64,000 nucleotides of DNA, from positions 186,001 to 250,000 of IMG/VR virus record IMGVR_UViG_3300030673_000004; one strand, written 5' to 3'. Position numbers and translations under genes: made by a program. Under the pieces are notes generated by a model, which saw nothing but the letters and a program-made list of their open reading frames with translations, made no database searches and had not been told where the DNA came from. Below are positions 10,167-20,781 of this stretch, piece by piece (within the stretch, counting starts at the first letter, position 1; each line of letters begins with the position of its first letter).

Positions 10167-11950
10167 ATAAGATCAAAGCTACCACAGGCGTTGCTCCTGA
10201 AGATTATCACGACACCGTGTTTCAAATAATCGACGGAGAAAGGCCGAAACATAAGTATGTACAAGCAATCAAGATCTACGGGGACGACGATGTCGCAGAT
10301 ACCCCTGAGAGACGAGGCTTGGTTCAAACTCGTGTGCTTCTTGATCTTGATGATCCACAGGCAGAAGGATCTGAAGTATGTCTCTCACCAAAAGATTTGA
10401 AGCGTCCTGATATCTTTCCAACTTTGATACACGACCCAAAGATGTGGCGTGCTTCCTATGATACACCTATTCCTGAATTAGCTGTTGCTGCTTGGGATAT
10501 GGTAGAGCGTAACATATTTAATATAGCTACTGCTGGTATCGGTCAGCAGTTTAATCTAGAACGTGATGCTAATAAAGTTCTGAATGCTATTAAAGTTATG
10601 CTTAGTGGTTACTTTGGTGGATTTGTTCTTATACAATTACTTGGGTGGATTAAGAAGAAGCTGTTTGAGCGTATTCATCAACTAAATCCGCCTACTCCTG
10701 TATCTGTTGATTCTAAATTAGCCGACATTCGTATACACGGTTTGAAAGGTGTATACGATTCACGGTCATTCAATCGTTTTTATACAGGAGCTTCTTCTGA
10801 TAATCCTGACGAGTTGGCTTCTGTTAATGTATTAGATGCTTTATCCAGAACATTTCCTCATAGACCTGTAGCGTTGGTATCTATACTTCGTGACGGTAAG
10901 ATTGAGCATCAGCCTCTCTTCCGACATGACTTCGAGATGGCTAAAGACGTGTTTGTTGATTCTCAGGTAAGTATTAAGTCTGTTGTTGCTTTAGCTATAT
11001 CTATGAACATGGATAAGGCTGATGATCACGATATTAAAGTTATACTTGAGTTTTGTGCAGATAAGTCGAAGTATACTGCCTCTGTGTCTGTAGGTGGTGG
11101 CAAGATTGATGTGTCTGATGTAAAATGTGAAAAGGCAGGTACCCTGTCACCTCACCCTGTTATTGAGACTCGTGGCACTCTGCGTGATGACTTGCTATCA
11201 AATTTTATTGGTAGTATTAAATCTCATGGGTTGTTTGCTCATAAAAGTCACACTAAGTCTGCTATTCTTCCTTTCCATGTCGCTCGTAGCCTTGTAGCGC
11301 ACCTAGATACCTGTGATTTGAAGTATAAGCTGCAGACAAATTCAGCTAGTGATACGGGGATTGAGATTATGGTGCTGGACCCTGCGGGCGAGCATCCACG
11401 TCTCATCGGGTACATAACAGATAAATCTATGGGTACTCCTGAGACTTTGGATAACTTCGCACCCTCTGATAAATTCAAGTCACTGGATGTTGATTCCATA
11501 TTACAAGGTGAGTCACCTGTGATTGTCTTGGGAACTAATCCGTTGACCTCCTTCGCCGCTGCAACAAAGCGGGACGAGTATCTGAGTCAGTTTATAAAAG
11601 ATAGTTTAGAACATAACCGTAGAGTTAAATATACATCTACCATATTTGGTGTTAAGGATATATTTATTACTACGGATGTATCAACATTAAGTGAACCTTT
11701 GTCTGATCGTAAAGTTGTTGTTGATTTCCCTATAGATCTACCTAAAGGGTATGACTTTGAGAACTTCAAAACAACTGCTGTTGGTACGTTTACATCAAGA
11801 ACTCCTTCTTCTATTCAAATGGCTCTTGTCGATGGCAAGAATGTTGGCGGAACACCAACAGTAAACATTGTGTATTCCTTTAAGGGTTCCGATGTTGACT
11901 TAGCTATTGAACTTCTTTATACAGTGCTTCAGCTTTCAATCCATCAATGA
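10163..11950 (+). CDS. hypothetical protein
   Basis: 595-aa ORF. Confidence 0.75.
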   Translation: MNKIKATTGVAPEDYHDTVFQIIDGERPKHKYVQAIKIYGDDDVADTPERRGLVQTRVLLDLDDPQAEGSEVCLSPKDLKRPDIFPTLIHDPKMWRASYDTPIPELAVAAWDMVERNIFNIATAGIGQQFNLERDANKVLNAIKVMLSGYFGGFVLIQLLGWIKKKLFERIHQLNPPTPVSVDSKLADIRIHGLKGVYDSRSFNRFYTGASSDNPDELASVNVLDALSRTFPHRPVALVSILRDGKIEHQPLFRHDFEMAKDVFVDSQVSIKSVVALAISMNMDKADDHDIKVILEFCADKSKYTASVSVGGGKIDVSDVKCEKAGTLSPHPVIETRGTLRDDLLSNFIGSIKSHGLFAHKSHTKSAILPFHVARSLVAHLDTCDLKYKLQTNSASDTGIEIMVLDPAGEHPRLIGYITDKSMGTPETLDNFAPSDKFKSLDVDSILQGESPVIVLGTNPLTSFAAATKRDEYLSQFIKDSLEHNRRVKYTSTIFGVKDIFITTDVSTLSEPLSDRKVVVDFPIDLPKGYDFENFKTTAVGTFTSRTPSSIQMALVDGKNVGGTPTVNIVYSFKGSDVDLAIELLYTVLQLSIHQ

Positions 11951-11960
11951 GGTAATTACG

Positions 11961-13931
11961 ATGTCCGGTGAACTTGATAACCTTGCTATTGCCCTAGCTT
12001 CTGCTGGTGTACAGCACACTTATGTAAAGTCGAAACCTGAAACTATGGCAGAGCTCTCACAGGCTCTAGCTTCTGCCGGCTTGAAGCATATGCTTGTTGG
12101 TGCTCCTAATGAAGCTATCGCGGCAGGTCCGGGAAAGCGCATCTCGATCACTTACGAGACCTGGGATGATGAGTCCTTGGGTGCTGGTGAGACAGATGAT
12201 AAGGGGTGGGAGAACGAAGAAGGTATAGAGTTCAGTGACGACGGTGATGAAACCGCTGTTGATCAAGCTGTTGACTTCCTGAAAAAGGAAAGCGCTACTG
12301 AATTCTCTGCTTCTTCTTTTACTCATGGTGGTTGGTATTCAACAAGTAGCAACGATAGTGATCGTGATCTACAGACAGGTGAATTGACTACTTACTCCTA
12401 TCATCTGAATGACGGATGGACTGATGAAGAGAAACAGGCTATCTATGATGGTGTTACAGGGGTAGGCTCTTCTAATGAAGCTGAAGCTTCCATTTCGGGT
12501 ATTAAATGGCGATCTGAGACAGTATACCCTAATGATGATGAGGGTGCTTTCCTTCGTGGTACTAGTCCGGCAGGGGAAGAAGTTGAAGCTTTACTTGGTA
12601 CTGACGCAGATAATGCTGCGATTCGTGCTAACAAGCAGAGAATCTTAAGTACAGGTGATACTACCGGATGTCCTATTCGTCTTGTTCATCCGCATTCTAA
12701 TGAAGCTGAAGCTGCTGCTTCTACAGTAATAACGGCTGCGGGCTATACGAACCTAGATGCCTCTACCGTAGCGAAGATTGGGCGTGATCTCCCCTTCAAA
12801 ATTAACAAGGGAAGCGTAAGCGGCTCACCTACCTTTAGCGGTTCGGGTTGGGCTCGTGAAGAAGCTACTAATGTAATTGAGAAGCTCAAGAGCGCTGGGG
12901 CGGATTACTGGATTTATAGTTATCAGACCCCTATTCTTGCTAGGCTGGACAATCAGTGGTATGATATTCCTGGTAAATACTCTCCAACAACAACTCGTCA
13001 TCAGGGTGGTCTCTCTCGCCAATTCGATGCTAAGGCATTTGATGCGTCTGTTACGGACTCAAATGTCCGTCGTCCCGTAGCTCCTGGTGGGCTGGATCTA
13101 GATGCAGAAGCGTCCTTCAACCTAGGTGCTCTATCTCATGCTCTGGCTACTGCTGGTGTTAAGCATACTATTGTAACTGCGTTTGAACCTTCAGCGCCTA
13201 TTGATGTTGTGATTACTTCGGGTACTGTAAAGAAGCAATTGACAATTAGACCTAATCGGTTTGCAGCAGATTATAATGTGAGTCAGTTGGTGGGTGCTAT
13301 TGAGGCGTGGTCTACTAAATACATGGGACCATCTGAAGCAACAGCAGCTACTGAAGATGCTACTGAGCCTTTCTTTATCACTATCAAGCATGGTGCTAAA
13401 GAAGTTACTGTTAAGTATGTTCAGTCTCCTTATGATCCTGAAGCTAAGACTATTCGTAGTTTTGTACAAGCACTACATACAGTAGGTGGTCGGTACAAGG
13501 GAACGCAGTTTGTTGAAGTTCCCCATAATGAAGCAACAGCAGCTACTGAAGTACTTGCTTTTGGTGCAACACATCTCCCTGAAGCCGCTAGGACGAAGAT
13601 TGAGCGCGGTCTTCCATTCAAAATTAATAAGGGCAGCGTTAGTGGCTCGCCAACTTTCCAAGGTGCTGGGTGGGCTGAAAATAACCAGGAAAGCATGCGT
13701 GTCATAGATAAGCTGCAGACTTTGGGTGCCGACTACTGGCTATATAGCTATGCAACTCCTATTGGAGCTCGTGTTAACGATCAGTGGTATATAATTCCTG
13801 GCAAGTACTCTCCAACAACAACTCGTCATCAGTATATCCTTTCTGATTTGAATGCACAAACGTTGGATGCCGGTACACCCTCTGCTAATGTCCGTCGTCC
13901 CGTAGCTCCTGGTGGATTGGATCTCGATTAA
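11961..13931 (+). CDS. modular polyprotein with duplicated ~110-aa domain, probable virion internal protein
   Basis: ATG 11961 after GAGGT; three ALA(S/T)AGxxH motifs; repeated (N/S)EAxA(A/S); two copies of LPFKINKG...YSYxTPI...YSPTTTRHQ...PGGLDLD. Confidence 0.75.
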   Translation: MSGELDNLAIALASAGVQHTYVKSKPETMAELSQALASAGLKHMLVGAPNEAIAAGPGKRISITYETWDDESLGAGETDDKGWENEEGIEFSDDGDETAVDQAVDFLKKESATEFSASSFTHGGWYSTSSNDSDRDLQTGELTTYSYHLNDGWTDEEKQAIYDGVTGVGSSNEAEASISGIKWRSETVYPNDDEGAFLRGTSPAGEEVEALLGTDADNAAIRANKQRILSTGDTTGCPIRLVHPHSNEAEAAASTVITAAGYTNLDASTVAKIGRDLPFKINKGSVSGSPTFSGSGWAREEATNVIEKLKSAGADYWIYSYQTPILARLDNQWYDIPGKYSPTTTRHQGGLSRQFDAKAFDASVTDSNVRRPVAPGGLDLDAEASFNLGALSHALATAGVKHTIVTAFEPSAPIDVVITSGTVKKQLTIRPNRFAADYNVSQLVGAIEAWSTKYMGPSEATAATEDATEPFFITIKHGAKEVTVKYVQSPYDPEAKTIRSFVQALHTVGGRYKGTQFVEVPHNEATAATEVLAFGATHLPEAARTKIERGLPFKINKGSVSGSPTFQGAGWAENNQESMRVIDKLQTLGADYWLYSYATPIGARVNDQWYIIPGKYSPTTTRHQYILSDLNAQTLDAGTPSANVRRPVAPGGLDLD

Positions 13932-14566
13932 TGCCCTCTTCCTATTACACCCCAGACAAGCATAACCCGTTTCTTCGCACTAGGAAGAAACGGTTATCTC
14001 ACTTGTCTACTCTGCGTGATGCTGAATCTCGTCAGACGAGTTGGATGGATCGTCCTACTCCTGGGAGATTTCTTGCGCAGAATTTGAAGGATGTTGGTGA
14101 TTTGCTTACGCATATCCAGATGCTTCAAGAAGAGGGATCTCTGGCTAATTCACCTAATTTGTTTAAGAATTACTTGGCTCGTGCGTCTAAAGAGCTTGTT
14201 GATCTGTGCAAGTTGATTACAGAGCGCATGAGAGGAGCACAGGATATGGAGATCTTAGAGGCTACAGCTTCTTTGATTAATGAGTTGGCACTATCTGAAA
14301 CAGATGATGCCAAGTTAGAGGCGCTAGCTGCTTCCTTGGATGAGATTCAGCCTACAGGGACAGCAATATCGGCAGCCCTGTCTACCGCCAATGAGATGAC
14401 TGTCACTGAAGATCGCTCTTCGTTAGACTTAGATCGGGGCAAGTTAGTTGTACACGCTGATTTTGATATATCTGTAGCTTTTGCTGGTAAACAGCCTATT
14501 GATTTTACAGTTAAAGCTGATCAGAAGATCGACTTTGATGACATCCAGCTTAAATCTGATTCGTGA
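13931..14566 (+). CDS. hypothetical protein
   Basis: coupled ORF; EATAS and EALAAS sites. Confidence 0.7.
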   Translation: MPSSYYTPDKHNPFLRTRKKRLSHLSTLRDAESRQTSWMDRPTPGRFLAQNLKDVGDLLTHIQMLQEEGSLANSPNLFKNYLARASKELVDLCKLITERMRGAQDMEILEATASLINELALSETDDAKLEALAASLDEIQPTGTAISAALSTANEMTVTEDRSSLDLDRGKLVVHADFDISVAFAGKQPIDFTVKADQKIDFDDIQLKSDS

Positions 14567-17211
14567 TTGGAAAGACAATGCTTCACTACGTAACTGCATC
14601 TCAAGTAACTAACCTAGGTAAATTCCGTGTCGTATCAAAGACACCTGCTGAGTGTTCTGCTGAAGAGATCAAGCAGTTTGCTACTTTGCTTGCTGAGGGT
14701 GGCCAAGTAGCATCTACGGGTATGGAGACGCGGATCAAGTTGGCTAAAGTTCTAGGTTTTGCTTATTCAGTAGACTCTAATGAACTTGTGGGTGTTTCAG
14801 CTCTAAAAGTACCGTTGGATTCATATCGCAAGTATGTTGAGAGGGGCGCGGGTGTTTCTCTACCTACTGAGGAATTTCCTTATGAGGTTGGCTGGTTGTA
14901 CGTAAAGCCAGAATACCGTGGTGCTCGTGCAGGTCAGATGCTTAGGTATCTGCTTGTTCAGCCTGTATTAGGTATTAGAGCCGGGGCTTTTGCTACTATT
15001 AGACATGATAACTTTATGCCCCAGAGAATCATATCTAAGTATGGTTTTGATCATGCTGGGCATGTTTGGACTTCTGAGCAGACAGGCAATGCTATTGACT
15101 TGTTTACTCGTTCTGCTGATAAGGGTATTCTTCAATCTGTTGCTTCTGCTCAGATTGAGTATGAAGCTATCTATATGTCATCTGCTCTATCTCGTGTTTT
15201 GAGTGATTCTCATATAGAGGCTGTATGCAAGCGTGTTCCTGCTCTGGCCAGTGTTGCCGTTAAGGCTTTGGCTCTGGGATATACTCAAGCAGGCTCGGAT
15301 CTGGCTGTCGCTATTGCAACAGAAGATGCAGACTTAGCAGCACATGCTCTGAATCTACTGAATACTGATGCTGAAGTAGATATGCACAAAGCTGATCCTG
15401 ATTTTAAGATTTTAGGCGATATTGAATCAGCCCCATTTTCTCATGAACCGCATCCGGAGTTTGTTCATGACGAAGCTGAACATAGTGATGGCTGTGCGTG
15501 TCCTGAATGCACAGGAGTACCCAGTGCCGAAGATGTTTCCTCTGAGATAGGCTTGATCTTTCAAGCAGCAATTTCAGAACCTAAGGAAGATATCCACCCG
15601 GTCAAGCAATTAATTGATTTGGTGTCTGGGCTTAAAGCTGCTCGTACTGATCTTCCTCAGGTTGAGCTCGGAGCCAATCCTTCCTATAATCAAGTATGTT
15701 TAGAGCACTTAGGTAAATTGGGCTGCCCGGAACTCGGTGCTGTTGAATCTATTGTGAAGACACCTGATGTTTCTTTGGATATGAATGAAGCTCACGAGAC
15801 ATTCTTACGTTTAGATAAGACAATCCGTGAGAAGCTGTCAGAGGCTGATGGGCCTGAGGCTGATCGACTGCAGCGTGTGCTGATTAACCTAGAGACGCTG
15901 ATGTCTGATATCTTTCAGTCTAATGTTGCGTTGGCTTCTGAGTATGTTCCGTTTGGTGGCGTGCTTCATCGGACAGGGGCCATCCGTGTTGTTGGTATAC
16001 GTCCATTAGCTAATCGTACTGGAGTGTGGGAAATTCTTACTCACTTCCAAGATGGGACGATCTTAAAGAGTGTCGCTTCTAATAAGAGAAGCTTGGGTCT
16101 ATGCATCAATATGCTTAAGCTAGATACCAAAGTTAATTTTAGGGGTACGTTAGGTCGTACTGTTAAAGACGGTATCCTTTTGCAAGATGGTCGTGAGTTA
16201 AAGCTTTTAGACAAGTCTTTTGTTAATGATAAAACTGCTGAAGTTGCTCATGAAGCTAAAGAGGGTTCACCTGTAAGCAGTGTAGCTTCTGTAGCTGTAG
16301 CAAGCACAGCAACAGACAGGCTGTACTCTAAGATTGAAGAGCGTCTAAAGTCCAGTAAGCCTGCTCTCAGATCCGCCTCTGTTACTATCTCTGAGCTAGC
16401 TGGGTCTGTTCTTGTTGTAATCCAGGATGTTGTTCTAAAGCCTGATGGTTTATCTAAGATTGTTGGGCGTGCTGTGACAGATAAGACTAAGAGCTTTACT
16501 CGTGCTTCTGGTACTGAGTTTGAGCTTGAGAAGTCTCCTGGTAAGTTTGGGCGTGTCGGGGATGTATCTATAAAGATCAACACAGGTAATGCTCGGCAGA
16601 CACAGGATGCTCTCGGACTGATACGTCGTTTATTTAGTAACGCTTTGAGCTACGGTGGGAATACAGTTGTCGAGGCTACTGCTTCTGTTAATGATGATTT
16701 GAAGTCACAAGCTATTCGCGAGATAGCATCTTCATTGACTCGCCTTGCTGATAGGTCTAGGAATACATATTCTGCCATTCAGATACTGGCTAAGCAGGAA
16801 TCTACCGGGAACGGTCTTGTAGACATCCCTGCCCAGGTTGAACAGGCTATAGCTAAGTGCTTTGAGTCGTTGTTCCATGTTGAGCAACTGGTCTTTCGTC
16901 AGTTGGCTCAGGATAAAGCTGTTATTGAACCTAGCTATAAGAGTCTAACTCCTGAAGAGAGCAAGGCTGTAGCATCCCTTTTCATACCTATCTACAGGAA
17001 CAAAAATGTATCGGCTTACCGTACTGCTTTGTTCACAGTTGCTGATGCTTTCGGCAATTCAAAGCCACGTGTTCCTGGTGATTTGATCAAGTTAGCTCAG
17101 ACACTGCCACCTGCTTGTGACTTCATTGAAGCTGCTGTGTCTGTGTGGGTACGTCTAATCACAAGATCTGTGCGACTTAGATCACCTTCAGTTTCCGAAC
17201 CCCATGCATAA
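14563..17211 (+). CDS. large multidomain protein with N-terminal GNAT-like acetyltransferase domain
   Basis: EVGWLYVKPEYRGARAG and N...RIISKYGF GNAT motifs; several AxAS sites. Confidence 0.7.
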   Translation: MIGKTMLHYVTASQVTNLGKFRVVSKTPAECSAEEIKQFATLLAEGGQVASTGMETRIKLAKVLGFAYSVDSNELVGVSALKVPLDSYRKYVERGAGVSLPTEEFPYEVGWLYVKPEYRGARAGQMLRYLLVQPVLGIRAGAFATIRHDNFMPQRIISKYGFDHAGHVWTSEQTGNAIDLFTRSADKGILQSVASAQIEYEAIYMSSALSRVLSDSHIEAVCKRVPALASVAVKALALGYTQAGSDLAVAIATEDADLAAHALNLLNTDAEVDMHKADPDFKILGDIESAPFSHEPHPEFVHDEAEHSDGCACPECTGVPSAEDVSSEIGLIFQAAISEPKEDIHPVKQLIDLVSGLKAARTDLPQVELGANPSYNQVCLEHLGKLGCPELGAVESIVKTPDVSLDMNEAHETFLRLDKTIREKLSEADGPEADRLQRVLINLETLMSDIFQSNVALASEYVPFGGVLHRTGAIRVVGIRPLANRTGVWEILTHFQDGTILKSVASNKRSLGLCINMLKLDTKVNFRGTLGRTVKDGILLQDGRELKLLDKSFVNDKTAEVAHEAKEGSPVSSVASVAVASTATDRLYSKIEERLKSSKPALRSASVTISELAGSVLVVIQDVVLKPDGLSKIVGRAVTDKTKSFTRASGTEFELEKSPGKFGRVGDVSIKINTGNARQTQDALGLIRRLFSNALSYGGNTVVEATASVNDDLKSQAIREIASSLTRLADRSRNTYSAIQILAKQESTGNGLVDIPAQVEQAIAKCFESLFHVEQLVFRQLAQDKAVIEPSYKSLTPEESKAVASLFIPIYRNKNVSAYRTALFTVADAFGNSKPRVPGDLIKLAQTLPPACDFIEAAVSVWVRLITRSVRLRSPSVSEPHA

Positions 17212-17543
17212 AATTTAAGAGTATAGTTCGCTTTTGACGCGGCAAGCAAACGATGCTGACCAGAAACTAAGGAGCCATAGCGATCATGTCCTTCAATAGC
17301 ATTGTAAACAATTGGTTCGCTTGTAAGTGGTTCCCACGTGCCTTCGCGCATGCGGCGTACAAATTCATTAACAACATTCACGTGTACCCGGCGATTTTTA
17401 TTTACACCTGTACTATCTTCTAGGTGTAGCTGGCTAATGAGTTCTGGAGATGCGCTGTAGACATTCAAGATACTCCCATCGGTCATCTCTTGTGGATTAA
17501 CGTCACATAGCCGCAGAAAGTCTTGCATGGTTGCGATTGGCAT
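17097..17543 (-). CDS. ParB/Srx-like N-terminal domain protein
   Basis: RMREGTW...EPI...LVSGQHRLLA; 3' end overlaps the convergent gene. Confidence 0.6.
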   Translation of the reverse strand: MPIATMQDFLRLCDVNPQEMTDGSILNVYSASPELISQLHLEDSTGVNKNRRVHVNVVNEFVRRMREGTWEPLTSEPIVYNAIEGHDRYGSLVSGQHRLLAASKANYTLKFYAWGSETEGDLSRTDLVIRRTHTDTAASMKSQAGGSV

Positions 17544-17623
17544 AGTATTATCCTTTTACTTGCTGTTGTGTGTATGGATTCCCGCCTATAAACTACTAAC
17601 ATTTTTTTGAATGTCAAGAGCTA

Positions 17624-18220
17624 TCAACTAATTTGTTTTGACATCCAAACATAGCCAGGCGTTTCATCCTGCTTAAGATCTGTGTAACCGCAGCGTTCAT
17701 ACCACTTGTGCATCCACGCTCTCTCTAGTACCTTTACGCATACCGTTGTAGCACCGTTTTCCCCGGCGTATGCTTCACCTAGCTTCAGGAGTTCTCTGCC
17801 GAGGCCCTGATGCCGAAGTCGGTCATGTACAAGTAGACTGGCAAGATATGCTGTACTTTCATCATCTGCGTATGTATAGACAATGATGCTTGCTTTGTCT
17901 ACTATGTTCTTTTTTGTGATTTTAAGCTGCTTACGATTATCTACTTCGCTTGCTTGTAGTGACAGAGTCAAAGGTAGTGTTTTGATATTACCTACGATTT
18001 CAAACTCAGTTACACCTTCTACCGGACAAGCCGCGAGTAGTTCTTCTTTGTTGTATTCGTACTTGTATCCTGGGTGTTCTGCATATTCAATATCTAACGG
18101 ATCTACGGTTACAGCAAGGAATAAGCTGCTACCGTTAACCGTCTGGTGGATATCAAAGATGTCTCCATCTTTCAGTTCAATATCATTTTTATCAAAATGC
18201 TTCATTGCGATTACATCCAC
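17624..18220 (-). CDS. GNAT acetyltransferase with YopX-like N-terminus
   Basis: DKNDIELKDGDI...EIVGNI; LLVHDRLRHQGLGRELL, WYERCGY. Confidence 0.75.
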   Translation of the reverse strand: MDVIAMKHFDKNDIELKDGDIFDIHQTVNGSSLFLAVTVDPLDIEYAEHPGYKYEYNKEELLAACPVEGVTEFEIVGNIKTLPLTLSLQASEVDNRKQLKITKKNIVDKASIIVYTYADDESTAYLASLLVHDRLRHQGLGRELLKLGEAYAGENGATTVCVKVLERAWMHKWYERCGYTDLKQDETPGYVWMSKQIS

Positions 18221-18540
18221 AACAAATCAAAAGCAGTATGATTTCGCGTTTGGTAGTTCATGTTATTCACGCACTCATAGTTTTCAACAATTAAGTCATA
18301 CTGCCTAGCTACACTAGCCAATTCACCTTTGTCCATGTCGGCAACGTCATGCTCGCAGGCCGTGCAGTTATCTGAATCTACGTGGATGTTAATATAGAGT
18401 CCGTTGTTTCCTAACAACGCGGCATCTTGCATAGCATTTATATAGATTTTCAGGAAAGCGTCAAAGCTAGCCAGCTTTTCCTGCATGTCCCTATGCTGTA
18501 ATGCCAGCTCTTTGAGACTAGTCCCTACGTCCCGAGTCAT
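18211..18540 (-). CDS. hypothetical protein, small paralog family B
   Basis: FL......M..AA..G...terminal F.L.W. Confidence 0.65.
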   Translation of the reverse strand: MTRDVGTSLKELALQHRDMQEKLASFDAFLKIYINAMQDAALLGNNGLYINIHVDSDNCTACEHDVADMDKGELASVARQYDLIVENYECVNNMNYQTRNHTAFDLLWM

Positions 18541-18606
18541 GATTTTGTCCTTTCTAAATTACAGTCCGTGTAGCTCAAGGGAGATATTCTGTCTCTCTTT
18601 ATTGCG

Positions 18607-18870
18607 TTATGAGTCTGTCCTATCAGCTCCGGGCCAGTAAAGGTTCGCAGTAGTTTTATGTGGCCTAGCCTCAAGATCTTTTACTCGCAGCTCAAAGGCA
18701 TTTTGAAAAAAGAGGCGCTTCTTGAAAAGATCGTGAACGGCTGCGGAGGCTTTGTCATCACATGCCAGAGTGCGCCAGTACCGATCACGGCAAGCCTTCA
18801 CTTCAACGTAGGCAAACGTAGAGATGTCAATTGCCGCCAAAATGTTCTTAAGTAGCTGCTGCTTGTCCAC
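18607..18870 (-). CDS. hypothetical protein
   Basis: GTG start with GGAGG RBS. Confidence 0.6.
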   Translation of the reverse strand: MDKQQLLKNILAAIDISTFAYVEVKACRDRYWRTLACDDKASAAVHDLFKKRLFFQNAFELRVKDLEARPHKTTANLYWPGADRTDS

Positions 18871-18921
18871 GTTGCGCCTCCGTTAGCGAAGATTGAATCA
18901 TGGTTTTGTTCCTTTGTTTGA

Positions 18922-19215
18922 TTATAGCCAGTGCAGAGTAAAGCTAAGGCTGCCCCAGCCCGAATAGAAGTCTGTGAGGAATAGCCCGTGACGAGCTACA
19001 GCACGAGTCAGGATACCTTCGTTATAGTCGAGAATGTCCAAGCCTATGTCAAAGTCCATCTCTGTGGAACCATGTGCCGCTTTGGCAAGCATCTCTTTCT
19101 TATGGAACGCCAGGAAAGCTGCAACATCGTCCAGTACCGTGGTCCCCATAGCACTGCGAAGTTCGTCCCCAATGTTCAGAGGGGTCTGTTCTGCGTTTTG
19201 CATGTTGTCTCCCAT
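18922..19215 (-). CDS. hypothetical protein, family B
   Basis: FLAFHKKEMLAKAAHG...FTLHW. Confidence 0.65.
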   Translation of the reverse strand: MGDNMQNAEQTPLNIGDELRSAMGTTVLDDVAAFLAFHKKEMLAKAAHGSTEMDFDIGLDILDYNEGILTRAVARHGLFLTDFYSGWGSLSFTLHWL

Positions 19216-19247
19216 AAAAGAAAAGCAGACCTTGATTGATCTGCTTA

Positions 19248-19276
19248 AATATACATTAATTTTGTATGTATGTCAA
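19248..19276 (-). promoter_or_regulatory. sigma70-like promoter, repeated cassette
   Basis: reverse complement TTGACA-tacatacaaaattaatg-TATATT. Confidence 0.75.
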
Positions 19277-19663
19277 CTAGAAATTACAAGTCAGGACTCT
19301 TTTTACGTTTTTATATAAACCGTAAACAGGGAGGAGATCAAGAGCTACTTGTTTATAGCTTTGGTAGCCGCCGATGACACCTGTAGCAATAACGCTAGCA
19401 GCATGTAGTGCTGCCCCTGTGAAAAGAACAAGTTGGAGAGCAGTGATTAGCCTAGGTGATCTTTCATATTTTACATTTTCATACAGTCATAGTGCAGAGA
19501 TGTGGAGCCCAAAGATGGAACTCTATCCTGGGTTATTTGCATCCAACGCTTACCAAAATCGACACATGATTGTGCCGTGGGGAATCCCTGAATAGCTGTT
19601 TGTGTCGTTGTCTTAGAGGCGTATGCGCCTGTTGATATGATTGTTGCAATGAGTACCCACATG

Positions 19664-20116
19664 TTATTTGCCTTCCTTAAAAGCTTTTTTTAGTTGTTCC
19701 TGCTGCCATTGGATCTTGTGTACTTTCTGCTGGTACAGATTATACAACCAGTGGCACCGGAACAGTCTATCTAGGCTCATTCTATCTGAGCAGTATTCCA
19801 CTTCAGAGTAGAACCAGTTGAGAACAAGTTCTGGTGATGCTTTCTCTTCAGCTTCATCCGGGTGTAGCTTTTTCCAGTTGTGCCCACTCTCGCCCCAGTT
19901 AAACATCACAGAGGCACCCGATAGTCCGAAACCCCACTGCTGTAGCTGGATTAGGTATAAAGGTTTCCAGTATTTGAGATCGGACTTATGTTTGGCAACG
20001 TGGATGTATGCGCTTACAGTATCAAATTTGCGGATTCGCTCAATGCTATATTTCTTCATTAACTGCCGTGACACATAGCGTTGTAGCTTATAGGGCATTT
20101 GTTTCTCGTTTCTCAC
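19664..20116 (-). CDS. hypothetical protein
   Basis: 150-aa ORF downstream of a promoter. Confidence 0.6.
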   Translation of the reverse strand: MRNEKQMPYKLQRYVSRQLMKKYSIERIRKFDTVSAYIHVAKHKSDLKYWKPLYLIQLQQWGFGLSGASVMFNWGESGHNWKKLHPDEAEEKASPELVLNWFYSEVEYCSDRMSLDRLFRCHWLYNLYQQKVHKIQWQQEQLKKAFKEGK

Positions 20117-20187
20117 GTTTATCTAACAAAATTCCACCAACATTGTTTCACACACTAGTGATCACCGTTGGTTCCGATCACAAGAAC

Positions 20188-20216
20188 AATATACATTAAT
20201 TTTGTATTATTGTCAA
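20188..20216 (-). promoter_or_regulatory. sigma70-like promoter, repeated cassette
   Basis: reverse complement TTGACA-ataatacaaaattaatg-TATATT-gttcttgt. Confidence 0.75.
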
Positions 20217-20538
20217 GCATTAACAGCTACTTTTGACGCATCACACAGTTCCTGATGTACTCAAGTATATCAAAGTATACCTAAAATGAGCTATACTTAG
20301 CTATACTTAGCTATACTTTGATACTATTTAAGTTTGATACCAAAATTTGTGGATACAAAGGCATCCATGCGTTCTTTGTTGCCATGTGCATTTCGCCAGT
20401 TATCCATGTGATCTGCTATTGTTTGCTTACCGTGCTGGCGATAGACAACAAAAGCCACGAGGAGCAAACCGATGGAAATTCCAAGGCTAGTGGGAGCATT
20501 AAGTTCAAGCATGCCTAATTTGTAAATCCGGGTGAGCA

Positions 20539-20781
20539 TTATTTGAATTGTCCTGCGCGTGTGATCTTCAAGCTGTGCGGGTGTAGCCATTTAGCAATAT
20601 CTCTAGGACGCACGCAGAACTGACGGTGCCATCGTGCCTTCTCAATGCTATCCCAATCCATATCTGCCACTTCTGTCAGCGCGGCTATGACTTTTGTACT
20701 TTCGTGCCACGCTACACAAGAAGCACGACCTACTTCATATGTCCACAGAACCGTATCAACAATGATGTGTCGTTTAGTCAT
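20539..20781 (-). CDS. hypothetical protein
   Basis: ORF coupled to 20778-20969. Confidence 0.55.
   Translation of the reverse strand: MTKRHIIVDTVLWTYEVGRASCVAWHESTKVIAALTEVADMDWDSIEKARWHRQFCVRPRDIAKWLHPHSLKITRAGQFK

Noticed and set aside
12774-13928. Diversity-generating retroelement TR/VR pair
   Set aside because: Differences between the copies are not adenine-specific, both copies are in one ORF, and no reverse transcriptase is present.
20289-20318. (AGCTATACTT)x3 tandem repeat as origin iterons; similar short repeats at 57557 and 58564-58615
   Set aside because: Too short, with no supporting replication gene or context; likely slippage products.
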